64,000 nt of DNA from assembly GCA_964106915.2 (NCBI GenBank), contig OZ066914.1. One strand, given 5' to 3'. The notes under the pieces were generated by a model. It worked only from the letters and a program-made list of their open reading frames with translations. It did not search any database and was not told the origin of the DNA. Below, piece by piece: positions 13,265-29,017 of this stretch; positions within the stretch are counted from its first letter, which is position 1, and each line of letters starts with the position of its first letter. A program made the translations under genes and the position numbers. Origin of the DNA: Podarcis gaigeae (taxonomy: Eukaryota).

Positions 13265-14990
13265 GTGAGACTTTACTCCTAACAAACCCCCTCCTCTTCC
13301 TTCTGTTTCCCGCCCACCAAATTTAGAGGAAGATACCCTAAACCGTTAGAGGTATGGAATCCAGTGCTGACGGTCCTATTGAGCTATCTAATATTGTCAC
13401 AACTTCCTTAGCATCTTGGGTGATTAAAAAAACACTCTCTAACTTTGTTGAGAACTCAGTGGATTTTTTTTTCAATGTAGTGGGTCTCTCTGCTTTTTCC
13501 CAGACAATATTTCTGGCCTAGAACACCCAAGTTGCAGCCTACTGGTTCAAATTAATATTATAGAACATATTCAATACTTTGCTGACAGATCAGATGGCTG
13601 CCTATTGGAAAGTGCATTGCTGGTTTCAGCTGGGTGCTGGTTTCCTTAGAGCGCTCTGTTCTCAGTCATTTTTGGTGGCTGATACAACACTGGTCCACCA
13701 TTGGCAATGCTAAGCCTGTTGGGAGTGTTTTAAAGACCCAGCTCTAGAGTTGCTTTTAGCCATCAGTAATAATTATTATAGGGCTAAACAACTGAGGTCA
13801 AAACTCCAAATGATGCTCAGTTGCAGAAGTTCTCTGATATTTTCCTCCGTACTAATCTTTTGCTCCAGACTGTAATTTCTGCAGCTGGATTTAGTTAAGA
13901 ACATGTTCAAAAAAAGCTATGCATGATTGAGCATCATGCATAGATTGCTCCCCATTCATGCAACCTAAAACCAATTGTTCAGCAGGGTTTATTTTATAAG
14001 CAAGAGGTCTCCGTTATTATTGGCAGTATACCAACAGTGGTCGTTAATTTCCGAGCAGCTACTTTTCCAAGTGAAGTCAGAAAATTGCCATTCAGCCTTT
14101 ATGTGGCCATAAAAACAAAATCCCTCTGCTGCTGCTGCTTTACCATCAGTGGAATCTGGTCATGTCTACGTGGATGTATATAAATGGCCACTTCTGCTTT
14201 GACAGGTGTTCTCCCAATGGGAGACCTCAGAAGCTCTTGTTCTGTAGATGCCAAGCTCATGGAATTCCTGCTCAGTTTACTTATTGTTTCATGGCCAAAC
14301 TCTAGTGACTTGTGTAAGTTGGGATGGCTGTTCTCTTACATCTTTTTCACACAGCCAGCCTTTGATGCCACAACTGATTATCACAGTCTCTGCATACACC
14401 TTTTAACTTTTTCTCTGCCCCATGTTGCTTCTCTTTGCTTCCATCCATCTGTGTCCTTCCTCTGCCAGTAGTTCTGCTGCTTTCCCTCCTTGTACCATTT
14501 ACGGTGTCCCCTTACCCTTACGACTTTTTTATCTATGTAATCATCTCTCAGTGGATTTATCCTCCCTTGACATTTTGTACTCGTCTGCAAAATATTTGGC
14601 TTCTGTTGGTTCTGTATCACTGCTTAGATGCATTTTGTGGAAAAGCTTTGATTCAAACACACGTCTGTCATTAGCGTTGGCACTGACATCGTGCATCTAT
14701 ACCTGAGTAAAAGATGCCAAGGGGAAAACAGACCTTAGTCCAGGCTCCTTGGGCACACATTGGGCAATTAAACTCTGATAAGGATAGCTGGTAATGTAAC
14801 AAGACTCTCCTTTACTAAAACAGATAACCATTCCACAAAGTTTTCTTTCTTGGACCCTATTCTCCATTCTGCAGTCACATTGCATTCATAACTTTTTCCT
14901 ATCCCATATTTGTTGGTAGATTCACAGGGGTTCTCAGGCACAGGTGTAACTCTAAGTTGAACTGAAATATTGCAAACTAAGTTGAAAATA

Positions 14991-15104
14991 GTTACAGATA
15001 GGTAGCCGTGTTGGTCTGCCATAGTCAAAACAAAACAAAAATCCTTCCAGTAGCACCTTAAAGATCAACTAAGTCAGTTCTTGGTATGAGCTTTCGTGTG
15101 CATG
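14991..15104. mobile_element. Penelope-like element terminal fragment
   Basis: GTAGCCGTGTTGGTCTG...TAGCACCTTAAAGATCAAC...AGCTTTCGTG resembles reptile Penelope ends (recalled); related degenerate copy at about 26300-26435. Confidence 0.55.
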
Positions 15105-18100
15105 AAAATGTTTGTTCTGGGGCCTAATTCATATGTTACTGACATGCCATGTTAGCTGCTGAAAAACTGACTTCACTGTGGCCTGCTCCCTTGGGCCTAA
15201 CTCTTCATACTGAATGAGATGCAACATAGTGTGAAAGGATATCCACCATTGCTATGGGGCTTCTCTTTCCTCTCTTCTCCACAAGCAAATTTCTGTTGCC
15301 TAAGCAGGCAGACAACATTGGATGTCACCAATATTTACAAGCATCTTCTCTGAAAGTAGTTTTGTAGTTTTTAAAATATGTAGTGACAGCAGACCTTCTA
15401 AATATGTATTTTTTAAAGAATACATTTAATTCACTAATTACCCTTTCAGCACAAGCTTATAGAAAATCTGGGACATGAGTGTTTCTGCAGGGAGCGTTCA
15501 AACTTTGCTCAAAGGCCACGTTTCCAGGTTCTTTTACCCTGAAATTGTGTAACACTACTCTGGATTTAATATATATCTAGCAGACAGCATGGACTATGGA
15601 TCTCAGTGCTGTGGTGTTCTAGAATGGGGCACAAGAGCTTTGTTCAGTGGTGGGGCCTAGTGCCTGATGCCTTGAAACGGCTGATAAGATACAAATGAGA
15701 ACATCAGTTGCACAACATCTGGATAGTTGTCGGAAGATCAATATATAATCTCAGGTTTAGCAGAATCCAAAGTTTTATAATATATATTTTTTAAATTGAA
15801 TACACTGACAGCTAGCTAGCCAGTCAGCCCAGCAATGAATTCATGACCTGGAGGAAAGAGTTAGGGTCCCTTTCCCTTTGTAGCAGTCCAAATCTGGGGC
15901 TATTGTAGAGTGATTCGCAAGCATGCATTTCGGCCTTGCCCAGGAGCACAGAGTGTCTTTTCAAGCTCTGCCCACTTACTTGACAAGGTGACTTAGTGTG
16001 ATGTCGCTCCATTTCTCATTCAGATTTCTCATTACTGCTACCAGCCCTGAAGGGGAGGTCACATGATCAACTTTCTGCTCCTTTCATTCTCTTATACTGA
16101 GTCTTTAAAGGTACAGGGGCCCCAGCCTGCCATGACTTGTATGTGACTGGCTGCTTTTCCTTCATATGATTTTGTGTGTGTGCGTGTGTGTCTATGTATT
16201 TCTACACATATACTTGCTTTGGTCCATTTGCTTTCTTCCCCCCGCCCTAACTGCTTCCAACTTTAATAACACTAAACTGCATGAGTGTTTTTATTACTAG
16301 ATGGTTTTAAATAATGTGTTTTTAATACACTGTCGAAGGAGATTCCTGGAAATAATTATAGGCAAGTATTTTGATTAAGCTTCTGTTTGATAGGTAGCAT
16401 TTCAGGATTCTATCATTAAATCTGTGATGAAAAGACAAATGTCCACATTGTTTTATATACCTATTATATTAAGCCTTACACTCATTCATTTAGACACCAG
16501 GGGGGATAGGGAGCCATATCTATGCTGTTCTTTCTTAATGTTGAGACAAAGAGGCAAGGCATTATTGGCACTATCTAGCCTTACCTGTTCTGTGGGTAGC
16601 ATCTGGGATTAACAGTCTAGTCACCTATAGGAAAATACTGTGGGCATGTATTTGCTTAAGATACATTTTGGACCCATTAATGAAAGTATACCCCTTTTGT
16701 TACTGGACAGTGGAACAAGTTACCCAAATAAGTTATAAGTCTCTGAACTTGCAAGTTTTTAGGGAAAATAGCAAGATTCTTAGTAGAGTGAATTTACCAG
16801 TACTTTAATATCAATACTTTAGGGATGTCAGATAGTGGCGGCATAATACAACCTTTTCCCTCTGCAGTTCACATGTATAATATAATACATTTAATTACAG
16901 CAGCAGAAGAGAACAATTTATATAGAGAATGTTCAAGTGCTGCCAACTTGAAGTGGCTAAAAGAGGCCTGTTCAGTTTGAAAGCTTGCATAGTCCTTTCG
17001 GTGGTGGATAAAAGCAGGTTGTTTCTGCTCCAGAATTCTGTGCATGTCCAAAATCTTAGGATTTCTAGAGACCAGCGAATGGTGCTTCAGTGCCCTTTCC
17101 AGTTCTGTGATTTGTCGATACAAAAAATATGGAAAATGAGAAAGTAAAGTTAATGCACATTCAGTTAATTTTCATAATGTTTTAGAATTCAGCTTACCTT
17201 GGCATAAAAAATTGATTATTATTACTTTAAACACCACACATTCCTAAACAAACAAACAAAAAAAGGTAAATGTTGTCATTTTGGTTTATCTTCTCTGGAG
17301 CCAAAAGCTTAGTGTTGAATGTGAGCATCAGCATTGTAGGAAACTGCTTTGGTGTCCTCTCAGTTTTGATATGGAAGTTCCTTGTCTTCCGATGGGATAG
17401 CCTGGCAGGGGTTTTTAAAAGCTATTTACTTATTTATTATAAATATTTTTTATTCTGCTTCATCCCTAAATCTGCCCAAGATAGCTATATCAAGATGCTC
17501 AGAATGCTCAATTGTCTGCCAAAGTAAAGGAATTCTTAGACTGGTTTTGAAATATACTAAGACTTTCACTACAAGAACTCAGCAAGGAAGCTGCTGGAAA
17601 ACAATGTCTCCATGCTGTAGATGTCCTGGGTTGGCAGGTAGATGATTTCATCCATTTTGGGGGATTGTGATGAGGCACGTAGAACGAGATGGCTTCTCAG
17701 ATATGTTGGGCCAGAGCAGCCTTCTCTAACCAGCTGCTCTCAAAATGCTTTAGACTACAGCTCCCATAAGCCCAGAGTCAGCATTGTCCAGGGGCGAGGA
17801 ACTTCAGGCCTGGGGGTGAAATGCAGGATTCTCCTGAAGGCACACGCCCCTCCTCAAGCACAGCCTCTTTCCCAAGGCCAGACCACTTCTCTGGCCTTGC
17901 TTCACGACCTCCTTGAGAGTTTTTGCTTGACTGGGAAGTGGTGTTGGATTCTGATAATGACTTGTTGGCGTGGCTGGAAGACAGAGAAGAGGGTGTTAAG
18001 TGGATGTAGAAACTAAGCCTACTGTACAAAGGTAAAATTGTTCTACCTAGTTTTGACTGTCCCTGCCCACTGCTGGCATGTTGCCTCCAGAAGGAAACAC

Positions 18101-19368
18101 AGCCCTTGGGATGAAAACGGTTTCCCTCCCCTGTTTTTGTCTAAATCAAACTGGAGGACACCAGTTTGGAGAAGGCTGCACTAGATAGAGGGTTGGTTTT
18201 GTTTTTGTTTTTGCTAGTTCCAGTGAAGTCTAAAAGGAAAATAGAAAAAGGGTTTCAAACTTTTAACAAGTAATGGCTCAGCTTTTTAAAAAAATGAAAT
18301 TATGTTACCACCCTCTGAAGATCTGAAAAATAATTCAGTGGATATATATTGTTGCATTGGTGTCCCAGTTCAAGTGAAAGATACAAGGGACAGTTTTGTA
18401 GCCTCTTAGGACTGATGAAAGTACAGCTTTTGTACTTCAGGCTTTATTTCGCTTCCTGCTTCCCCTAGTCTGCTCTTTCACTTAGGCCCTCTGCCCTCAT
18501 GTAACTTTGAGGCTGAATTGGCAGGTTGGGATGAGTCTGTAGACTACTCAAACCCAATACTACCTTTGGCGTTAATTTCTAAAAATTAAGTTATTCTATT
18601 TTTAAAAATCAGTTTATTCTATTTTTAAAAATCTAGTGCAGTGTATGTAATAATGAGAACTCTTGTAAGATTAAGGGAAGTTCATGTTTCTTCCAAAACC
18701 TAAGAGTATGAGACGATCACAGCAGAGCTACAGTTTCATATGAGAGCACTTTGATAGCTTTGAAGATTTGGATATGTATGGAATAGATGTCAACAGTAGA
18801 CCTGTGGCTTCACACTTTCTTCAGGGGCAAGTTTTCGTGAGGAAGTGATTCCTTGTAGCACCTCAAAACAGAGGTGGAAGAATAACTACAACCAAAATGG
18901 AAAACATTGATCGTTTGAGGTGGAATAATGTTATTCTACAAGCAAAATGGAAACCATTGATCCATTGAGACAAATGGGGTTAGATTTTTACCTCATTTAG
19001 TTTTATAGGATAGTCTTGGAGAAGGTTTGGATAGGCACTTACTTGTTCCAAGAATAATTTTCCACTTTATGCATTCTATCTCATACCAGCCACTGATGTG
19101 CATAGATATGGATGTGAACCTAAATGGATATGGGCAAGTGTAGAGGGTAAAAAACCTCTTAGGCATTGCAAGTGTACATTCACATCAAAACTCCCAGAAG
19201 AGAAGTGATAGCAAGAGCACTTCAAAATCTTCATAATGTGGAGATAAATTTGGACCAGTAACATTCTCTTAGACACAGAGTGGACTGTGCCTTTCCTAAA
19301 AGCATCAAGAAGCTGAAGGTAACATCTTTGTTAACAATGTATTTTTCTTTCTTTCTAAATTTCGGTAG

Positions 19369-19524
<156 letters not shown>

Positions 19525-20478
19525 TAGAACATCCTTCTGCAACATGGTTCTCAAAATCCTCTGGATTATAAACTCCCATCAACCCCAGTCAGGGATGATG
19601 GGCACTATGGTCTGAAATATATGGAGGGCACCAGATTGGGGATGACAGCTATGGGACCTATATATTTCTCAGTTTTGGATCCCAGATATCAAAGCAACAT
19701 ATATTTTTAAGTATGCAGTTGCAGGAGTCTGTAGTCATGTTAAATTCATTCTGGTGTGACCTTCAGGTTCATGTAAGTAATGTTCCTTTAGTGATTTGTT
19801 TGTTTATTTGTTATTTTTTTAAAAAAAACCCAAATAGCATTGTATAATACTGGGGCTAAGAAACTAAACACTAATAGGGGAAAGAAACTGATGACTTAGG
19901 CTATAGGAAAGAGTGCATTAACTGATAGTTAGAAGTTGCTCCTGACATGTGAGTGGAATAGTGGCCTGCAGGTGGTGGCAGCAGGCATGGACAGAACAAA
20001 AATGTTAAATTAACTCCAGTGCTACTGCAGAAATTGTCAAAGGACACCTATAATCACCCCAATTGTAGTAGTAGTAATATCACCACAAAATGAACTTAAC
20101 TCAAAAGCCACAAGGGCTAGGAATATATGCAGGCCTGGGAAGACTATCCTCAGAATGGTCCATCACCAAAAATCAGCAGAAATAAACTCAGAAGCATGAT
20201 GTAGAAATACTCATTAGCCCTGTTGAAAATGAAAAGCTGGATTACGTGCTTATCTTACTTGAGGTTTCATGTCCTTAAATATGCTTGTTAGTGTAAAGTC
20301 TAGAGATGCAAAGTGTGAAAACACACACAAACATACAAGTCTGTTAAACTAGATTTCTGCCAGTTGCTGAACCTTGCTGGCAACTAAAATTACAATCATG
20401 AAAGGCAAGATGGTTGTAGGACTAAAACCACAAATAACAAAAAATCAAACCCTTGACCCTGTTAAATGTCAGCAATGA

Positions 20479-20811
<333 letters not shown>

Positions 20812-22273
20812 TAGGTACATGCTCTGTGGCTGCTGACACTTTCAAGTGGCCCATGTATCCCATCCTGGTATTCAGTGGACTTTCTCATCACAGCCTGTGG
20901 TCCACAGAGATAACCATTCATGAATGGTATAGCTCTTGCAAGTTGACAGCATGTTCTTGTCATCCAACCGCTATAGAACATGGATGCAAAACGATTATTA
21001 TGGGTGTCCCAGGTTGCTGTTGCTCAGGATCCACTCACCCCTGCATCAACACAGAAATCTTGGGGCATGAAGGACCCTGAAGGCAGTGGAAATCCTTCCA
21101 CTTGATCATCTTAGGAAGGGGCCACTCCTTGCATTGACATGTTTTGATAGAGGCAGAAGAGCCCCAGTAGGCTGCGCTTTCTTTCTGCTGTTCCTGATCA
21201 TGTTTCCTTGCTGATATTCTCAGATCCCGAAACTTCTTCAACTCCATACATCTTTCACCACTGGTCCCAGAGGCAGTAGGAAGTACACTACTTTTGCAGG
21301 ATTGCACATCTTCATATCATATTGCACATCTTCGTATCAGAAAGCTGGCTTTTTAGCTGAGGACAGGGAGGTAGCGACTAGAAAACAGACCTCTTGCATC
21401 ATCATCATCATCATCTTTTTTTATTTGTATGCCACCTTTCCACAGTTAAAAAACAATGCTCAAGGCAGCTTACAGCATAACAAGATTTACATAATTACAA
21501 AAGTCATAAACAATAAATAAACCACATCAAAAAAATACACAACCAAATGGGAAACAATTTCCACATAAAACTAATACAGCATTAATATCAGTTTAAAATG
21601 ACATAGGTAAAAAATAACAGCAATTTAAACAAAAACAAAACGGAGCCCTCTCTGCCCAGCAGCAGCAGTGGCAGCAGTCCTTTATAGAGCCCATCAGGCC
21701 CCGCCCTGGGCCAGGTGGTGAGTGGCAGGACTGGGGCCCTCAGGCGCTGAGTAGGGGAGCATTGCTGCCATTGGTAGGTGGCAGATCAGTGCAGCAGCAA
21801 CTGTCCAGGTCAACTGCTTTCCCCAGATGTTGCTTAGCTTAAGCCTTGCCTGTGGTTCCTACTGTCCCTGGTTCTGGTGCTGTCTGCTTATCAGTTTGTC
21901 ATACTCTGCAGCCCATCCATGCCCAGGACTGCTGGTGCTCCAGAGCCTTAGCCCTCCTCAATGGATTAGCAGCAGGCTTCTGCAGACACTTGTTTTCTAA
22001 ATTGCTTGTGGACCTTCCAGTGGTTTGCATGGTTTTTCTGTTAAAATGCCATTGTGCTCTAGTGTAATGGCAAGCAGTTGCCATTCTGTCAAAATTATTT
22101 GCCCACTTGAAACTTCCTTTTCACATCTCTTTCTGGCGTGATGCTGGCCTTCAGTTAGCACAGGCCATTCGCAAGCCAGCTTGGGGAAACTATCTTGAGG
22201 ATGTTTTAGAAGATTTCCCTTCTTCTGAACTTGCTCATGCTTCCTTGACTGTGTTTGTGTGCTTCTGCTTTGA

Positions 22274-22561
<288 letters not shown>

Positions 22562-23849
22562 TAGTAAATTAGCATGCTCTTCATACTTGATTTTTGGGGT
22601 CGGTAGAAGGGAGAATTGATGATGAATAGATCTCTGGGCAGCTCTGAATTTTAGTTGTTTCTCAGTTACAATGAATAAAGCTTAGAAGAGAAACCAGAAA
22701 TGCTTGTGTGTGCGAGGGAGGTAGAACCTGCAAGCTGGAAATCTGCCTGCCCCTGCTTTAGTTAACACCAAAGAGCAATACTTCTCACCAGAAGCAGCTT
22801 GCTGAGTGGGGGCACAGCCACTATGTAAGCTTCCCTGCAGGAGAATCATTATCGCTTACCAGGAGGAGGGACAGGGAAAGGACTGAGGCAGCCAGAAGTA
22901 GGTGTGGTGCAGATGCATCAGCAGCGCTAACCTGGTGTTTCTGTCAGTGAGTTTGCACTACATCAACCTTCCTGCCACCTTGGCCCTCTCCTTCCTGGTA
23001 GACAATAGCAACCCATCTGCCAGGAAGCTAGTACAGCACCTCTGACCCACCTGGCAAGCCACTTCTCCTCCCCACGTGGGTTACTGATATTGGGACTCCT
23101 GGAGATCTTGTTTGGCTGATCTCTAGGCTTCTAAGATCCACTTGGCATTTCAAGCCTGTCTTTCTAGTCATTAGGGATCTGTTTTTATTTTTATTTTTAA
23201 AGAATTAAAGCTAAGATTCTCAGAGAGCTGTATTTTGTGTCCACTAGCACATTCTGTGTTTCTGTTTTGTGCATGTGTTAAATTGTAGGGTTGCAGACAA
23301 TTATTTTTTTTAATGAACATCCTTGCAAAAATATGGAAGCTTACAATTCTCAGATAATTTATGCAGTCCCAAAATTGCCTGTTCTTAATCCAAGGCTTTC
23401 CCCATGGGTCAAAATAAGGGCAGCCTGCAACAAATCTCTGTTAATGGTAAAAATTATTCATGTTAACTTGAGGATTGGGCTTGATTAAATTGTTATTAAT
23501 TATTAGTACTTTCTATTTATTAAATTTCCTTGGGAGAGCATTGTAAAAGTGGGGAGCTACTACAAAAAATGCCTGTTCTCATGTTGCCACCCTCCAGACC
23601 TCATGGAGGAGGAACACAAAGATTACATGCATTGACTAATATAAATGATGAGGATAATTTTGTTGAAATATGGCATCCTTTTATAAAATACTTCGCCAAG
23701 AACCCTGAAGAATGGCAATTACCAAAATCACACATTGGATTTGGGCAAATTTAACTAGATTAATCCTTCCTCAAGTGAGGAGGAGGGCAAGTTGGAATCC
23801 CCCCCTTTTTTGTAATTGTTATATATTGGAAGTTAATGAAACTATTTTA

Positions 23850-24268
<419 letters not shown>

Positions 24269-24598
24269 TAGACACAAGACTATAGGGAAGCACCCTTATT
24301 TGAAAGAAAACATTGACAAGGATTAAAGCACAAAAAGAGGGGTGTAGGCTGGTGAGGGGAGAAAGGGACCTTTTCTCTATGACACCTAACAAAATGCAAT
24401 AGGGGTTTAAACAACTGATGTTCATAGATTTCATTGATCCATATTTGAATACCTGCATCTATATGTTCATTTTGCCTGCAAGCTCAGACAGGGGCTTACC
24501 TGAGCCCGTAAGAGTTGTCATCGTGTGGAGAGGCTGTATGCCTCTGAAGACGTGTTGCTAGGTCAAGGTAGGGCAGGGGGGGGCACAAGTGTGGGAGA

Positions 24599-24786
24599 CA
24601 TAGCTGTCAACCTTCCCTTTTTTTGTGGGAAATTCCCTTATTCCAGCGCCGTTCCCCGCTGCTTCCCGCTGCTATCCCGTATTGTTAGATATCCCGTAGA
24701 CTGTTCCCGGGACAGATGAGGCTGCCGATCCCTTATTTTCGAGGCTGCTGATCCCTTATTTTCAAATCTGAAAGTTGACAGCTATG
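24599..24786. mobile_element. Non-autonomous DNA transposon (MITE)
   Basis: TIRs CATAGCTGTCAAC...GTTGACAGCTATG, internal 23-bp direct repeat GAGGCTGCYGATCCCTTATTTTC. Confidence 0.8.
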
Positions 24787-24960
24787 GGAGGAGACCACTT
24801 TTAGAATCAGGATACTGAACTAGATGGACCTTTGATCTGATCCAGCCAGGGCTCTATTCTTCATCTTTTAACAGCATTAGCAGGTTATTCAGTTTCAACA
24901 TGTTTGCTTGTTTTTTTAAAAAAATGAATAGATTCCAACTTTTACCAATGTGTTTGGTAA

Positions 24961-25149
<189 letters not shown>

Positions 25150-25891
25150 TGAGGGCAGAGTGGGGTGGCAGTTTCACACAGTGAAGCCGACATCGCGGTC
25201 TGCTCCTCATACCAGTGTTGGGCGATATATTGATATACCGCCCAGGCCTACTTCCAATACCAACCTGCCCAGGTTTTGACATTAGCAGAGGGGGTTCCTC
25301 TTGTTGTTCCCATGGTGAGTGTTGTTTTCTGCATGAGGATGCAAGATACGGCCTTCTTGGTAGTGGTGCCAGGCTTCCGATGGACCTGCTTTGTTTTATG
25401 CCTGGCACCACTACCAAGAAGGCCTAGTTTTAGATTTTATGATGTTTTACAGTGGTTTATTCATTGCTTTTAAATGCTGTATCATAAATCAAATGATATT
25501 TTTTCATTGATTTTCCTGTTATTTTGATGATTGGGAACTGCTTTGCGATCAATTCTTTGATTTATTTTTTTAAAAAAGCTTGGGGAAAAAATCTGTAACT
25601 TGAAACTGCTTCCTAACTGTGGTTCTGTGGACTGTGGGAAGAGGGAAGGTGTACTGTTTTAAATGTCAATAATGTTAAGTCCTTTGCTTGGATTGCTTTG
25701 AGAAGAAGGGTGGCATATAAATTAAATAAATATAAACGTAAATCACAGCTTCTTTTTAAAAAAAGAAAGCTAGGAGAAAGGACTGTGAGGAGTAACAAAA
25801 GAGGAAATGCCATGTTGGTGGGTCATTAGGACAGGGGGAGTGTGGGGCAAATTCAGAGTACCTAACTTCTTTATCTGGGTGGATTTCCTAG

Positions 25892-26188
<297 letters not shown>

Positions 26189-26722
26189 TAAACTGGTGGG
26201 AAAGATTGGATGGTTCCCTCTACCTGTTAGATATACAAACTGAAGCAAATGAAGTGAGGAGAAGAGAAAAGGAAACACAAAAATCAAAAGTAACAAAGAG
26301 TCTTACGGCATTTTAAAGACTAACAAATGTATTATGGCAATAAGCTTTCAAGGACCATAATATATGTGTTAGTTTTTAAGGTGCCACGTGATTCTTTGAT
26401 ATTTTTGCTGCAATAGCACAACTACGCCTCTGGAAATGGTTACCAAAAAAATTAAAATTTCCCATACATTCCCATTTCCCAGGCCTATATCTATTATGTG
26501 TCTTGTTCCGAAAATAAACACTTTGTTCTCACCTAACCCTTTTGATTCAGTGATAAGGGCTACATTAATTCCAGGTCTCAACAACTTACCGTATTTTTCG
26601 CTCTATAACACGCACCTGACCATAACACGCACATTGTTTTTAGAGGAGGAAAATAAGGGAAAAAACATTCTGAATGAAACAGTGGATGTATCATTTTTGG
26701 GCTTCATGCTGTGGCCACAGAC

Positions 26723-27263
26723 ATGTGATCTGATGGTGAATTTGGGGTGACCCAATGCCAAAATCCTGAGAATTCCTGTGGATCCATGCTTTGTAACCAG
26801 GTTTTTGCACAATTGCAGCCCCAGGCAACAGTGGGTGCGTGATTTTTTGGGGGGCAGGCTGTAGCCATGGACATGCTATGTGATCTGATGGTGAATTTGG
26901 GGTGACCCAATGCAAAGATCCTGAGGATCCATGTGGATCCATGCTTTTTAACCACGTTTTTGCACCATTGCAGCCCCAGGCAACAGTGGGTGCGTGATTT
27001 TGGGGGGGCAGGCTGTAGCCATGGACATGCTATGTGATCTGATGGTGAATTTGGGGTGACCCAATGCAAAGATCCTGAGGAGCCATGTGGATCCATGCTT
27101 TTTAACCACGTTTTTGCACCATTGCAGCCCCAGGCAACAGTGGGTGCGTGATTTTGGGGGGGGCAGGCTGTAGCCATGGACATGCTATGTGATCTGATGG
27201 TGAATTTGGGGTGACCCAATGCAAAGATCCTGAGGATCCATGTGGATCTATGCTTTGTAACCA
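26723..27263. repeat. Minisatellite, 154-155 bp unit, about 3.5 copies
   Basis: ATGTGATCTGATGGTGAATTTGGGGTGACCCAATGC recurs at 26723, 26878, 27032 and 27187. Confidence 0.93.
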
Positions 27264-27390
27264 CATTTTAAGTGGGGAGCGAAGGAAAAACAAAGAAGGG
27301 ACATTAGAGGGGTGTGCAGAGAAGCAGCTGGCTAAGAATGCAGGAGAGGGATTTAACGGGTTGGAGAAAAGAAAGGCAAAAGTTTTCCCC

Positions 27391-27540
27391 NNNNNNNNNN
27401 NNNNNNNNNNNNNNNNNNNNNNNNNNNNNNNNNNNNNNNNNNNNNNNNNNNNNNNNNNNNNNNNNNNNNNNNNNNNNNNNNNNNNNNNNNNNNNNNNNNN
27501 NNNNNNNNNNNNNNNNNNNNNNNNNNNNNNNNNNNNNNNN
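27391..27540. other. Assembly gap (150 N)
   Basis: Run of N. Confidence 1.
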
Positions 27541-28067
27541 GCACTGGAGCTTGCCTGGAGGGGAGGGGCTTTCCCTGCTCTTTGTTCCGTTTCAGCAAAC
27601 ACAGCAACGAAACAGAGGGGGGTGGGCAGTAAGACCCTGAGGCAGAATGCCGGAAAGCAGCCGCTTCCTCTTTTCAGTTTTCCCTTCTCCGTGAAGCGCC
27701 GCGATTTGATTTTTGCCTGGCGATTTGATTTTTGCCTGATTTTTCGGCTCCAGGGACCACACATTCGCTCTATAACACGCACAGACATTTCCCCTTCCTT
27801 TTTAGGAAAAAAAATCTGCGTGTTATAGAGGGAAAAATACGGTAATCTGTTTTCTTCAGCATGGCAAAAAAAAATTGGCATATGTTTAGTAATGTGCAGC
27901 AAAAAGTGCCTCCTGAACACATAAAAAGTGCTTTTCTCACCTCTGGTTAGTCATAGCCATTCCCTGTGCTAAGGATTGAGGAGCTGTCCTGTCGTCCTTC
28001 AACAATTTTAATAAATAATAAAATAAAAGTAATAAAATAACAGGCTTTGCAGATCAGCTGATATACT

Positions 28068-28205
28068 GCAGGAGTGGGGAGCCTTTGCCCTCCAGCTGTT
28101 GTGAGACTCCAGCTCCCATCAGCCCCAGCCAACATGGCCAGTGGTCAGGCTTGATGGGAGTTGTAGTCCAACAACATCTTGAGAGCCAGAGTTTGCCATC
28201 CCTTT
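28068..28205. mobile_element. hAT-like palindromic MITE; related degenerate copies near 1260-1395, 19540-19650, 32945-33020, 37364-37505 and 61585-61690
   Basis: CCCTCCAGCTGTT...CTCCCATCAGCCCCAGC...GATGGGAGTTGTAGTCCAACAACATC, same architecture as 5683-5812. Confidence 0.75.
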
Positions 28206-28669
28206 GGGCTTATGCATCTTTCTCTTTAGAAAACAAGTATTCGGAATAGTTAAGTAAGTAATTCCTGCAGTAACTAAGCCAGCAGTCTCACACCAACATA
28301 TGGAACAGGAAGCCATGTTGAAATCAGCAGGGCTTGCTTCTGAATAGACAGGTATAGATTTGGGCTCTGACTCAGTTTTCCTTTACCTTCCGCTATGCTA
28401 AACCATCTACTACCAAAGGGGAGCTTTCGCCATCCCTGCCTGCAACCCAGAAATGCCAGAGCCCAACCCCTATCTGATGTAAGAAAATGGCCTCCAAGAA
28501 TACGAAAATGGAAATGTGCTTTTGGCACTCTTGCCTTAAAATCTTTCCAGCGTGTCCTTCAGTGGTCATGCAGTAGGAAGTTTTATTTGCTGCACAATTT
28601 AATTTTCCACTGCTCCAGTGCAGTTCCTTGCCTTTATAATTCTCATTTGTAGAAAAGGGTGTTTTGTAA

Positions 28670-29017
<348 letters not shown>

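Larger units (their letters stand above)
26589..27842. mobile_element. Tc1/mariner-type non-autonomous element containing a ~155-bp tandem array and an assembly gap
   Basis: TA TSD, TIRs CCGTATTTTTCGCTCTATAA...TTATAGAGGGAAAAATACGG. Confidence 0.85.

Noticed and set aside
26723-27263. Repeat array as CRISPR-like
   Set aside because: Units repeat over their whole length with no unique spacers, and the context is a vertebrate intron
26704-27920. Long ORFs of 186-272 aa
   Set aside because: Produced by the tandem repeat and the N gap; no transposase motifs
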